DNA of 64,000 nt from Zygnema circumcarinatum SAG 698-1b (GCA_037447605.1 CM074813.1:496001-560000); one strand, 5' to 3'. Counted from the stretch's first letter, positions 37,869 to 50,808 are shown. Program-made: numbers and translations. The notes: generated by a model not told the origin, from the letters alone.

Positions 37869-39302
37869 CGGAGAGAGAGAGAGAGCATAGTAACTCGACC
37901 AGAAGAAGGAAAACTCCCACAAAAATCGATCGAATGCCCCGCAAAATAGCTTAAAAAGACACTCCCAAAATGACCCAAGAAAAAAAAAACGTTCCAACAA
38001 CATTCCACTTCTCTTTTTCGATTTTTTACCCTTTTTTTCAACTTTAATTTATTTTTATGAATAAAAAAAGCAATTCCCGCTCACCTTCACATCCGTTCTC
38101 GCGAGTCCATCACGACCCGTGAAGCTCTGCAGTTTTATTCTCCCCTCCACTACCACCCTCATTCCTTTCCTCAAATGACGAGAAAATTTTACTGCCAAAC
38201 CGTCCCACGCTTCGAGCGTAAACCTGCACAGGACAAATATAATCATAAATTTATTAAACATTACGAAAAAAGGAAAAAAAAGAAAAACTCAAATGCTTTG
38301 ATAACATTAGAAACTTTTCGCTGACCTAACTTCGAGTGAAACGGCCGAACAATATGAAATGGAAGGAAAAAAGAAGAAAAAGAAAAGAGCCTGACCAGTC
38401 GCCATCTTCCGCTTCGGCCGACATCACTTTCCGTACAACAAGTCTCGAAGTTGCGACGGATGTGTTCGAATTCGTCATCCTCAGTTCAAAATCACGGCCT
38501 AAGATTCCTGCGCAACGGAAAAACGGACCACATAGAACACGGGTTCAACAAAAGGGAGGGAGAGGGAGGCAAGGAGGGAGGTAGGGAGAGGGAGGCAAGG
38601 AGGGAGGGAGGGAGAGGGAGGCAAGGAGAGAGGGAGGGAGAGACGGAGGCAAGGAGGGAGGGAGGGAGACGGAGGCAAGGAGGGAAGGAGGGAGAGGGAG
38701 GCAAGGAGGGAGGGAGGGACAGGGAGGCAAGGAGGGAGGAGGCGAGGGAGGAAGAATGGGAGGAAGGAGGGAGGGTGGAGGAAGGAGGGAGGATGGGAAA
38801 AAAGAAGGGAGAGTAGGGGGAGAGAGGGAGGGACGGAGGGTGAGAGGGAGGGAGAGATGGGGGCGGGAGAGGCCTCGGCATGACGGATGCACCCACCGGT
38901 CAAAAAGACCTTATTCAACTTCTCTTTGTCGAACGGCACTGGCGCGATCCCAAATTGGGCCCCATCCTCAGCGCCGCCATGGCCGTACTCGTCCTCCTGC
39001 ACGGTCGAGATTCCCCGACAAGGAACAGCAATCGCGCCCCTAAAGCTCCCAAAATTTGAGGAACTTGTGACATTTAGAGCTGCAGGGAAAGGGTGGCGGG
39101 AGGAGGAAGGAGGGAGAGGGGTGTGGGCGGGAGAGGAGGAAAGAGAGAGCGCGCGGAAGGTGTGGTAGAGAGAGGGAGAGGCGGAGGTTGGGGCGGAGAG
39201 GTCGCTCAATGTCGAAGGAGGGCCGCCATGGATATGAGAAAGAAGATTTTGAAAATGTTTTGAGAGGAGGGTGCGGAGCGAGCAGGGACCTCGGGCAGCC
39301 AT
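36185..39302 (-). CDS. OSB: Organellar single-stranded DNA-binding protein (OSB type): transit peptide, OB fold and one PDF motif; 6 exons, 359 aa
   Basis: Exons 38897-39302, 38396-38507, 38085-38223, 37480-37624, 37148-37230, 36185-36379 (1080 nt). SSB fold LNKVFLTGILGRDFELR..WFTLEAWDGLA..LRKGMRVVVEGRI. PDF motif WRDFFANPSEWYDNRNNEKRNPNAPDF..LWLE..PAWV. Confidence 0.88.
36413..36600. repeat. Interstitial telomere-like (TTTAGGG/TGTAGGG)n in the last OSB intron
   Basis: About 25 degenerate 6-7-mers. Confidence 0.9.
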
Positions 39303-40542
39303 GGCTGCCCCGCTCGACACGGAGCAGGCCCGGGGGAAAACGAATCCTAAAAGGAATTCTAAAAGGAACCCTAAATGGAATTAATCCAGGGCTGGAGTTG
39401 CCGTTCATACTACAACAACGGAATAGTGAGTTTGTTCACAACACAACGACGAATTGATGTGGTTCAGAAAAAGGTCGCGTTTACGGTCACATTAGTTACA
39501 CTTTTGGGACTTTGACATTAGTCGAGGGTGAACCAATGAGAATGCGCCACGTTCACCGTAAGAACTTTTGACTTTAGACAGCATGGAAGAGTTAAGTCAT
39601 CGTTCGTCCTACGCATTACAGTTAGACAGTTAGCCGTCATAATGCGGTCAGCCGGTTGGTCATCACCCTTGTGCCGTACAGTGCACCGATATTTGATCGT
39701 ACGGTCCTCGAGTCCTTTGCGGTGGGGCCGCCACGTGACATCCATGTCGGCTGACTTTGCGCTGACACGTGTACCGTACCACATCCAGCGTCAGATTGCA
39801 TTGAGATTTGGCTAGAAAAAACATTAGCCACGTGGTACACTCTGATTGGTTCTAAGGCGGCCGACTGTATGTCCAGTTCCGTGGAACAGGAAATGTGTGC
39901 CAGTGCTCTGTTATCATTCACAGTTAACTGTCACAAAGATCAGAACCGACAACATTCTTGACCGTTGTCGGCCTGTCGTTTTGCCATCCTCCACAAACTG
40001 CGCCGTAAAGCTGGAATCGCATAGAAGAGCGTAAAAACGGGACCCTTTCAACAGCGTGCACATGGAACGGCCCTGGCCGCGCCTGACACGTCCGCCCGTG
40101 CTCCCAAAATCGCGCGAACTGCGGCGGCCGCGCGGCCCGGCGGGCGCGCAACGTCAGCCGTTCGATCACCGATCGGATGGCGATCGGACGGCTGGCATTG
40201 GTCGAACGGCGGCTTGTAGGCAGGCCGCGGGCGGGCGAAGGGAGGCGGCCGCGAGCAAGCACGGGCCGGGGGGGCCGGGCGGCATCCCCCGCCACGTGGC
40301 GCTCTCTGCGCAAGGCACGGCAGGGGCGGGGGGGGACGGAGAGGGAGAGAGAGGGAGGGAGGAAGGGAGGGAGGGAGAGGAAGGAAGGGAGAGAGGGAGA
40401 GGGAGACGCAGGGGTGAGGGAGAGGGGGGTGGGAAGGGAGGAGGGGAGAGGAGGGAGAGAGAGAGAGAGAGGGGACGATAGAGTGAGGGTTAGTACGAGT
40501 GTTTTTCCGAGCAGCAACCGACTGCCATCTGTCCCGCCTGCA

Positions 40543-43500
40543 ATGAGGGACACCTCCGCCCCTTCCCCGTTCCATGCTCACCGTTCCGTTCTCGCGCACT
40601 GCTCGCCCCTCCTCGTCACAGCCCTCCTCCTGTCCCTCTTTTCCGCCTCTCTCCCTCTCCATGGCGCTGCTTCCGTCCCTCAGACGCTGTCCCTGAACCC
40701 TAACCCTACCCCTACCCTTACCCTGAACCCTAACCCTAACCCTAACCCTAAGCCTGGTCGCGGCCCCGCCCCCTGGGGGGTGTCGAAGCGGCAGCACGTG
40801 TTCGACCTCGCGGACTTCGGCGCGGTCGGCGACGGCGCGGCGGACAACACGCGCGTGTTCCAGAACGCGCTGTACGCGGCCTCGGGCGTCGCGGACAAGG
40901 GCGGCGCGCAGCTCTATGTGCCGCCCGGCCGCTACGTCACGGGGCCCTTCAACCTCTCCTCCAACACCACGCTCTGGCTGGCACGGGACGCGGTCATCCT
41001 CGGGAGCCTGGTGAGAGGGGGGGTGGCGGGGGAAAGGGGGGGGGGAGGGTGGGGGAGAGAGGGAGGGAGAGAGGGGGGGGGAGGGGGAGGGGTGGCTGGA
41101 GGGTGGGAGGAGAGAGGGAGGGAGAGGGAGTNNNNNNNNNNAGGGAGAGAGGGAGAGGGAGGGAGAAGTGGAGGAAGGGAGGGGGGGGAGGGGGAGGGGT
41201 GGCTGGAGGGTGGGGGGAGAGAGGGAGGGAGAGAGGGAGAGGGAGGGGGAAGTGGAGGAAGGGAGGGAGCGGGAGGAGTGAAGGGGGTGTAGGAGGGGGA
41301 AGGGAAGGGGGAGATGGGAGGGGGGAAGATGGAGGGAGGGCGGGAGGGAGGTAGGCGGAAAGGGAAGGGAGGGATGTTGGGGGGGGCTGGGAGGGAGGAG
41401 TGGGGAGGGGAGGGGCGGGGAGGGAGGGAGGGGGGATGTGAGGAAGGGGAGTGGATGGAGGGGGAAGTGCAGGGAGGGGGAGGAAGGCAGAGAGGGGGTA
41501 TTGTGGGGTAGGGAGTGGAAGGGAAGGGGAGGGGAGGGGAGGGGAGGTGGAGGGAGAGGGAGAGGTGGAAGGGAATGGGAAGGGGGGAGGGAGGGGGAAG
41601 TGGGCGGGGAGAGGAGGGGAGAGAGAGGGAAACCGAGGGGGATGGAGGGAGGGAGAGGGAGGGAGAGGGAGGGAGGAGAGAAGGGAGGGGGATTAATTGC
41701 CCCTTTGTTCAGTGAAAGGCTTGACAAAATACTCGCATATCAGTGTGACCATTGTAAAGTGTTCAAGTACAGCTAAAAAATGCTGCAAGGTGACGTTTTT
41801 TCCATGTATATTCATTGTAGGGTTCGATTTCTCACCGCGTTTTACTGTAGTAGGGTTCCCTGCGAGCTTCAAAGGGACCTTTTCCCCGGACTGAATGATT
41901 TCTGTGTTTTTTAGCTCCGTTTCCGTAACATCTAACTTAACGTCATGAATTCCACATAGAACCTGATTTGTTAAGAAACTTTGGACAGTTTTCTCTAAGG
42001 TCATCAAATTATATTTATTACATTTTTGCACAGTTGAACTTCCATAGTGTATGTCTGCTGGACTAAACTGAACGGAACTGAGTGCAATGTAAGGGAGCCA
42101 ATAGAACTGAACGGAATCATATAGGAGCTAGGGTTGTCAGCATTCGTCCGGTAGAATTTGGGTGCCACCTGGCAGAAAGCAGCACTAAAGGATGGGGGAA
42201 ATGTACGGTGCGAGCAGGAGTGAGGGAGAGGACAGAGTGGGAGGGGCCGAGGGAGGGGCATGGAGAGGTTGAGAGAGAGGAGGAGAGGGAGGGAAGGGAG
42301 ACAGGGAGAGAGTGAGAGAGAGGGGGAGGAGGAGGGAGAGATGAAGAGAGAGAGGGTGAGAGGAGAGCGAGGGGAGGGGAAAGGAAGAACGGGAGCGAAA
42401 GATTGAGTGTATGAGAGAGAGGCGGGAGGGGGGGAGCGGATTATATGCATAGTCTAGCTAACCCTAAATGGGTTCCTTCCATTTCTGTTTTACATTTTTG
42501 CATATTGTGACGAATCCTCCAGCTGATTTCTCGTTCCCATTTCCTTCCCTTCTCCTCTCCCTTTCCTCCCCTTCCCTTTTTCTTTTTACAAATTTCAGAA
42601 TCCCAATAAATGGCCCCTTGTTGCCCCGCTGCCTTCGTACGGACGGGGCCGAGAGCTGCCCGGCCCGCGGCACAGCAGCTTGATCTACGGTCAGGATTTG
42701 GAGGACGTAGTCATCACAGGTGAAAAAAAGAAAAGAAAAACTATGAAATTACTTCTCCCTTGAAGCAATATAAGAACAAAGAGAAACGAAAATGTAAACA
42801 GAATGGCCCTTCAGCTTTTCCGAATCACAATTTCATCTCTTCTGTGTCTACTTTCTGTCTGCTTCTTCACTCTCGTCTCTCTCTTCAACTCTCTCTTTCT
42901 TCCTCTCGCACTCTTTTCTTCTCCCTTCTCTCCCTATCACTCACCTACTTCTCTCCACTCTCTCTCTCTCTTCCTTTCACTCTCTCTTCTCCTCTCTCTC
43001 CACTCTCTCTCTCTTCCTTTCACGCTCTCTTCTCCTCTCCCTCCACTCTCCCTCTCTCTTTCTGCACTTCCTCTCACCCTTGCAACCTTTAAACCATCGC
43101 ATTTGAATATCAAGCTTCCAAAAACTTCAAGTCCTTCAACCTGGGAAGAGGAAACCAGAATGACAACTTTTTGAACCCTTTTTCATCATATTTATTATTA
43201 TTATCATTCCTTCGTATTTTTTGTCCTTTTGTGGACAGGCGAGAACGGGACCATTGACGGGCAGGGCTTCCTGTGGTGGGAAAGCGCCAAAAATGGCAGT
43301 TTGGACTATACGAGAGGAAGCCTCCTGGAAATTGTGCGCTCCGTACGCCTCGTCCTTGCAAACATCACTCTCAAAAATTCGCCATTTTGGACCTTCCATC
43401 CGACTTACTGCAAGTGGGTGGCGAAAAATCGTTTTTAAAAATATAATTTTCTTTCAAATTTGAACTTGAAGTTCGGAACGTTCATATTTCCATTTTTGTT

Positions 43501-44908
43501 TTTGAAGTTCTTTGTTTTTCTTGTAAAATCTGACTCAATCCTAAATATTGAACCCTAAGGTCAACACCTGTCAAAGAGAATCTCAGCGAGCTATGGAAAC
43601 TGTAAATGTGTTTTGCAAATTTGAAAACGAAAGCTTCTGAAAAACCCTAATTTTCTGTCAGTCAGCATTTTATTAGAAAGCATTTTCGGAAGGGTGTGCA
43701 GTGACAAGAAACAAAAAATAAAATGTAATTTCTTTGAAGTTTTTTAAAGTTGTGATATAGTTCAAGTTGTTCGGAGCAACAGCTAAATCAAGTTCTCCGT
43801 TACATCAAACCCTGAACTTGAAAACTTGAAACCAAACAGCTTAGGTTTTTGAAGTTATCTCGGAAGGAACAAATATTTTTGGCTCTTTTGCGTGTCATAA
43901 TTTTTCCTTACTCTAAATGTAACTATGCAGTGACGTTTTAATCACAAATGTGACCATTTTTGCGCCGGACGATGCTCCGGATGTCGATGGAATCACTCCA
44001 GGTGCGTGTACTCTTCTATTGGGAACTTTAGGGCTTGCAACTTTCTTCTTGTGGTTATGTTGTAGCATCCCTCCCTAGCTCCCTCTCTGCCTCCCTCTCT
44101 TCCTCCCCCTTCACCTCCCATTCGTACTCTCCCTTCCCTCCCCCTNNNNNNNNNNCCCCCCCCCCCCCCCTCTCCCCCTAACCCTCCCTCTCAAGTCACG
44201 TCCCTTGTGTCAGATTCCTGCTCCAATGTGACGATCAGTGACGTGTACATCAGCACCGGTGCCGATGCGATTTCCATAAAAAGCGGATGGGACCAGTACG
44301 GAATCGCCTTCGGTATGCCGAGCCGCAATATCCGGATCCGTAATCTGATCGCACGCAGTGCGAAAAGCGCCGGATTCGCCATAGGGAGCGAGATGTCGGG
44401 CGGGGTCGAAAACATCATTCTGAGTGATGCAGTCATATTCGACTCCAAGGCGGGAATCGTCGTCAAAACATCACAAGGGAGAGGGGGCTACATCAGCGGA
44501 GTCTATGTCTGCAATGTGACTCTAAAAAATGTGAGCACGGCGATTGAATTCATCCCAGACGTCGATCAGCATCCGGACCCCGGCTACGATGCTGACGCGT
44601 GGCCCGTTGTAACGGGCCTTTCCATGCAAGATATTGACGGTACGGACATTGGACAGGCGGGGGAATTGGACGGATTTGCAAAGTCTCCGTTTGAAGATAT
44701 CGTCCTTTCAAACGTGACGTTACGGCTGCGGCCGGGGGGGTCAGGGTTCAGCTGCGCCTTTGTGGCGGGGTCTGCCAAAAATGTGGTGCCGGAACCCTGC
44801 CCGCAGCTGAGGGAAAAAAAGGAACGGCGAAATTTTGGTAACGGAAGGAGGGCACATGGAACGGGGGAGGAGGGGAGGGGAGAGGGAGAGGCGAGACAAG
44901 TATTGTAG
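40543..44908 (+). CDS. GH28 polygalacturonase-like protein with an N-terminal hydrophobic signal; 5 exons, 509 aa
   Basis: Exons 40543-41010, 42599-42719, 43239-43413, 43931-44001, 44214-44908 (1530 nt). Motifs FGAVGDG..NT..FQNA, GPFNLSS, PLPSYGRGRELPG, GTIDGQG..WW, NSPFWTFHPTYC, DAISIKSGWDQYG, GSEMSGG, GRGGYI. Confidence 0.92.
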
Positions 44909-45279
44909 TCGAATTGAAGGAGGAGGAAAGGGGATTTGGATTTGACGGAGAGGGAGGGAGGGAGGGAGGGAGAGAGGGAGAGAGGGAGGGAGGGAGAGAG
45001 GGAGGGAGGAGGAGAAGAATAAGGCGAATAAGGACTCATCCTCAGCCTCCTCCTGGAAGGATAGGGGAGGAAAGGATCTTTAACAGAATTAGGGTTCAGG
45101 CTTTTGAAATGTAACATATCGCCTCTAGGAAGGTCGGTCTTTTGCTTCTCTCTCTCTCACACACACACACACACATTCTCTTTCTCGTCCACTTCTTTTC
45201 CTTCTCTCCCTCTCTCCCTCTCTTCTCCCCCCCTCTCTCCCTCTCTTCTCCCCCCCTCTCTCTCTCCCCNNNNNNNNNN

Positions 45280-46392
45280 CCCCCCCCCCCCCCCTCTCCC
45301 CCTAACCCTCCCTCTCAAGTCACGTCCCTTGTGTCAGATTCCTGCTCCAATGTGACGATCAGTGACGTGTACATCAGCACCGGTGCCGATGCGATTTCCA
45401 TAAAAAGCGGATGGGACCAGTACGGAATCGCCTTCGGTATGCCGAGCCGCAATATCCGGATCCGTAATCTGATCGCACGCAGTGCGAAAAGCGCCGGATT
45501 CGCCATAGGGAGCGAGATGTCGGGCGGGGTCGAAAACATCATTCTGAGTGATGCAGTCATATTCGACTCCAAGGCGGGAATCGTCGTCAAAACATCACAA
45601 GGGAGAGGGGGCTACATCAGCGGAGTCTATGTCTGCAATGTGACTCTAAAAAATGTGAGCACGGCGATTGAATTCATCCCAGACGTCGATCAGCATCCGG
45701 ACCCCGGCTACGATGCTGACGCGTGGCCCGTTGTAACGGGCCTTTCCATGCAAGATATTGACGGTACGGACATTGGACAGGCGGGGGAATTGGACGGATT
45801 TGCAAAGTCTCCGTTTGAAGATATCGTCCTTTCAAACGTGACGTTACGGCTGCGGCCGGGGGGGTCAGGGTTCAGCTGCGCCTTTGTGGCGGGGTCTGCC
45901 AAAAATGTGGTGCCGGAACCCTGCCCGCAGCTGAGGGAAAAAAAGGAACGGCGAAATTTTGGTAACGGAAGGAGGGCACATGGAACGGGGGAGGAGGGGA
46001 GGGGAGAGGGAGAGGCGAGACAAGTATTGTAGTCGAATTGAAGGAGGAGGAAAGGGGATTTGGATTTGACGGAGAGGGAGGGAGGGAGGGAGGGAGAGAG
46101 GGAGAGAGGGAGGGAGGGAGAGAGGGAGGGAGGAGGAGAAGAATAAGGCGAATAAGGACTCATCCTCAGCCTCCTCCTGGAAGGATAGGGGAGGAAAGGA
46201 TCTTTAACAGAATTAGGGTTCAGGCTTTTGAAATGTAACATATCGCCTCTAGGAAGGTCGGTCTTTTGCTTCTCTCTCTCTCACACACACACACACACAT
46301 TCTCTTTCTCGTCCACTTCTTTTCCTTCTCTCCCTCTCTCCCTCTCTTCTCCCCCCCTCTCTCCCTCTCTTCTCCCCCCCTCTCTCTCTCCC
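45280..46392 (+). repeat. Exact second copy of 44156-45269 (last GH28 exon at 45338-46032); probable assembly duplication
   Basis: Offset 1124. Both copies are bracketed by 10-N gaps (44146-44155, 45270-45279, 46393-46402). Confidence 0.9.
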
Positions 46393-47342
46393 NNNNNNNN
46401 NNTTCTCCCCCCCTCTCTCTCTCCCCTCTCTCTCTCTCCCCCCTCTCTCACTCTCTCCCCTCTCTCTCTCCCCCCTCTCTCTCTCCCCCCCTCTCTCTCT
46501 CCCCTCTCTCTCTCTCCCCTCTCTCTCTCTCGTTTGCCAGCGGTAGGCCAGCTGTAGAGTAAGCGATAGGCAAAAAGTAGTTAGCGCGAGGAGAGGTACT
46601 TTAGGAACTTGGGCCGAAATTTTCGACCGAGTTTAGGTTTATCTCTACTTTAGCTGGAGTTTTTTTTGGTTTTAGGTGACCGAGTTTGCGGGCAGCTAGA
46701 AAGTGCGATTGAGCGAGCTTCTAGAGACAAAAAAATTAGGAAAAGGAATCCGTTTGAATAATGAGCGAGCAAGGGAGAGGAGGGAGAGGTCTGTGGAAAG
46801 AGGATCATGTTTGAAATTTGAATCAAATGATGGAAAAATTTAATGCAGAAAGATAGTCCTTGTCACGCTGCCCGCAAAAAAAGAGCCTAGAAAAGCGGGA
46901 GGGAGAGGTTTTATGGGAGATGGTTTTTTTTTGTAGTCAGTTTTTTATTTGGGTTTAGTTCAAAACGAGGATTTATGGCCTTTGTCTCTGTGCCCAAACA
47001 GTTTCAGTTCAGTTGAAAGAAAAAATAACACGTTAAAATCAGCAAATTTTCATTTTACCTTTTTTTTTTTTTGGCTGAAAACGTGAACCTAAAAACCCCA
47101 AAATCTAGACCTTACCTGTCCCTGAAAAATCTCACTACCTTTTCTGTTTTCAATCTAAAAAGAAAATCCGTAAAAATTGTACCCTTTCGACTACCGTACA
47201 CATACCGTACAGGAAAACAATCACCCTATACTGTACCCTAAAAACCCTAAAACCCCACATACAACCCTAAAAACTCTTAAACCCTAAAGAAGCCACAGCT
47301 GATGCCCGTACACCGCTGACATCACGTCCCCGAGCTCTCGCC

Positions 47343-49239
47343 ATGGCTGCCATCTCCTGTCTCGCCGCCGGCCGGCTGCCGTACCGTGGCCGTACGGAAG
47401 ACGGCGCAGCTTCCTCGAAGCTTCTGTCCTTAAGCCACGAGGAGCCTCAGGGGTTTAGAGTTTGCAAAGTTAGGGTTCAGAGTCGGAGGGGGGAAGGGTT
47501 TAGGGTACAGAGCAGGATGTACAGCGATTTTAGGGTTTCGCCGATGAAGGACCCGGGCGAAAGAGAGCAGAGCGTTCAGGGGAGATGGGAGAGAGACGCG
47601 AGAGAGGGGAGAGAGAGAGGGGAGAGAGACTGGAGAGAGGGGAGAGAGAGAGGGGAGAGAGGCAATGGAGAGAGAGAAGAGAGAGAGAGAGAGAGAGGAG
47701 ATGGGCCGTACGAAGCGTACGGAGGAGGTACGGCGGGGCGGGAGGAAGAGGAGAGCATTCCGACGGTTCCGTACGATTGGGAGAGAGCGAACAGCATTGT
47801 GCTCACAGGTGGGAACTTTCAAAACTCTGAAATTTTGAAAAATTGAACCCTAAATGAGGTGAAGCTGTGTCCTTCCTTAATAATGTAAAGCCCTAAATCT
47901 CCGAAACCCTAAATCCTGAATGAACGATTCGGAATGAATGAGCCCTAAATTGTTAAACCCTGAACCCTGTTTTTGCTCTCCTTTTTTATCTGATTTTTTT
48001 TCGTCACCCTCCTCGCCCGCCCTCCCTATTTTTTTTTTGCATTTTCCGACTTGTGTCTTTTTATTTTTCACAGGAAATTTGGGGCGCAATTTTGACGTGA
48101 GAGTTACGAAAACGCAAAAAAAAGTGGCTGTCTCAAGTTTGGCGGTTCAACGATCTGGAAGCGAAGAGGCAGACTGGTAACTTTGAACCTATATAAAGAT
48201 ATAATCATACATGCATATTAAAAAAAAAAAAATTGATAATAAAGTTGTACATCTATGAATACATTCGCACACAAAAAAAAAATGTAAATGCAAATGTGTA
48301 AAACATACAAATGCGAAATGCGCAAAGTTATTCTCAAATCTTAAAACCTGCAAAGCCTACATGTGTAATTTTTTCAAAAGAATCTCTAACAATCTCCTTT
48401 CTTATACTCTAAAGAACACCTTCTCCCGCTTCTTCTAAAAACACTTAAAGTTTAAACAAATTTAAAATTCAACTTCAACTTCAATTTCTTGCGTTCATCG
48501 ATCTCTTAGACACAAGAGAAAATACGCAGACCTTTCCCCCTTTTTAATTTCACTTTTTTTAAATTTCAGGTTCACGATCGAAGCTTGGGGAGATCTCGCC
48601 GAAAAAGAGTCGAAACTTCTCGGAAAGGGCGCGAGAGTGATGGTCGAGGGCCGCCTCAACCTCCGAAAATATGTCGCAAGAGACGGAGAGAAGAGGACGC
48701 AAGTGACGGTGAGGATGGGGGGGGGACCGAGGGGGCTTGCAAGGGGTTTAGGGTTTAAGGGCATTGTGATTTAGGGTTTCGTGTTTTCATGATAATGAGC
48801 AAAAATCTCGTGGGTCTGGATGGTGTGGGGTTCTTCTTTACGTTTTTTTTTTTGTTGGGAAACCAAAAATTGGGGTCTAAATGGAAGTGAGCTGATGATT
48901 GAGGAGGCCCTTCAGTTGGATTGGGTTTTGGGGTTCAGGGCTTGGGTTTGAGGGGGGGGTTAAGCATTAGGTCAGGTTTCAGAGGTTGACATTATCAACT
49001 CATTTTAGGGCTGCACCATGAAATTAGGGTTGTAGAGTTATGAAGGAAGCATGGTACTGCTATATTGGCTACGGGTCAAATTTATTGACTTTATTGACTG
49101 ACGGTTTTGATTCATTGACTTTGCTACTCTTTTGCAGGTCGTTGCTAAAAGTTTAAGTTTGGTTCAAAGGAACAGTCCGAAAAATAATGCCGATATCGAT
49201 GATAATGATGCGCACTATGGCGCGGAGAGTAACTGGTGA
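47343..49239 (+). CDS. Second organellar SSB/OSB-like protein, OB fold without PDF motif; 4 exons, 269 aa
   Basis: Exons 47343-47808, 48074-48176, 48570-48708, 49138-49239 (810 nt). ANSIVLTGNLGRNFDVR..VAVSSLAV..DWFTIEAWGDLAE..LGKGARVMVEGRLNLRKY..VTVVAKSL. Confidence 0.85.
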
Positions 49240-50086
49240 TGGTGCCATCCTCCTTTGTGGGTTTAACTCGGTTTTTCTTTTCTAAGGTTAGGGTTAGGGT
49301 TAGGATTAGGAGGAGCGCAATGTATATAATACGTAGTAATGTCGCGGCAATAACTTAGGGTTCAGGTTTTAAGGATTTAGGGTTTGAGTACTGCTTGAAA
49401 TGGGGAGCCGAAGTGGCATGGACCATGATGAGGACTATGATGTTACATGTGTTTTCAGTTCAGTACATGTTCGCCACTTTGCAGTAGGACCGAACAATGG
49501 AACAATGCAGTTGGAGCATTTGAAGCAAAATTATCTTCTTTTCTGGGCGTTTTGATTTTAAAATAGAGAGGGAGGGAGAGGCAGAGGGAGGAGGGAGAAG
49601 GAGAGGGAGGGGGAGCGGAAGAGGGAGAGGGAGCGGGGAGGGAGAAGGAGCGGGAGAGGATTTGGGAGGAAAGAGAGAGAGAGAGAAGAAAGAAGAGAGC
49701 GAGAGCGAGAGAGAGAGACAGAAGGGGGGGCGAGAGAGATCGTAAACATAGAAGCAGAATAACTTCATAGAAGAAACATCTCCCCCAGCTGGTAAACATA
49801 AAGTCCAAACTTGGCTTTCCAACATTGCCTGTTGACTATCCAAAAAAGGGACCAAGTAATTCGGATCCGAAATTCCGAAGACAATGCTCCTGTCCAAAGC
49901 ATCTGCACCTTCTCGATCTGCTTACAAGTGTCTGAGCCATCGGCACAGGAACCATCTTCTGCATCTAATATTGAGCGGAAGAAAGAGGACTTAAGAGAGT
50001 TGTCAAAATCCCCTTCCCTGCATAACACAAAATCTTCTGAAAAAGCTCCTTACAATTTTCGTTTTCCATTTTATACGAATTCAGAA

Positions 50087-50808
50087 TTACGCCGAGCCTT
50101 CAGGTTTTGGGGGGAAAACTTGGTCCTTGATCCATCCGAAGGGCTGCACAAGCCACAGAATTGCAGGCAACGGATGAAACCCTAAAGCTTCTTAAGACTC
50201 AGGGATTCATTCTCCTGTGAGATCCGAATAACCTAACACCAATAACAACCCGAAATACAACAGTCCAAACCATGAAACCCTCCGAACTTAGAGACTCCAA
50301 AACTTTAATAATAAACTTTCTTAGAACCCGAACACTACAAAGAGTTGCTAACACCGAAACAGAAACCACCAGAAACCACAAAAGGCACGAGACATGAGCC
50401 ATGATGTACATGAGGCTTGAGGCATGCTCCATAGGATGGATCATGCATCATCATCTAAGGGCCATGCTGATGTATGAGGAGGCATAAAGGTATGTATGTA
50501 GGCCTGACACAAACATCTGATGTATGCATGGTGCATAAGGAACGAGGCATGGCCCATGTTCCTGCTCCATGGATGCATGATGCACGACCTGCGAACCATG
50601 CCAGCCCAGGCATGCCCATGCACATGCACATGCACATGCACATGCCATGCCATGCCATGCTCCATGGCGGACCGACCTGGATGAGCCAGAGCGCGAAGAC
50701 GCCGCCCGTGGCCCCCCACGTGACGGCGGCGGCCATGTCCGTGCTCTGCGGCCGCATCTGCGCCGGCACGAGGCGCTGCAGCAGGCTCGCGGGGCGCGGC
50801 TGCGGCAT
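50087..50808 (-). CDS. QCR10: Cytochrome bc1 complex small subunit QCR10/UQCR11 (plant UCRY type), 62 aa, 2 exons
   Basis: Exons 50677-50808 and 50087-50143 give MPQPRPASLLQRLVPAQMRPQSTDMAAAVTWGATGGVFALWLIQPFGWIKDQVFPPKPEGSA*, matching the D..AA..WG......W..QPF.W pattern. Confidence 0.85.

Noticed and set aside
40048-41727. 559-aa minus-strand ORF
   Set aside because: It is antisense to GH28 exon 1 and its G-rich intron, crosses an N gap, and has no domain signal.
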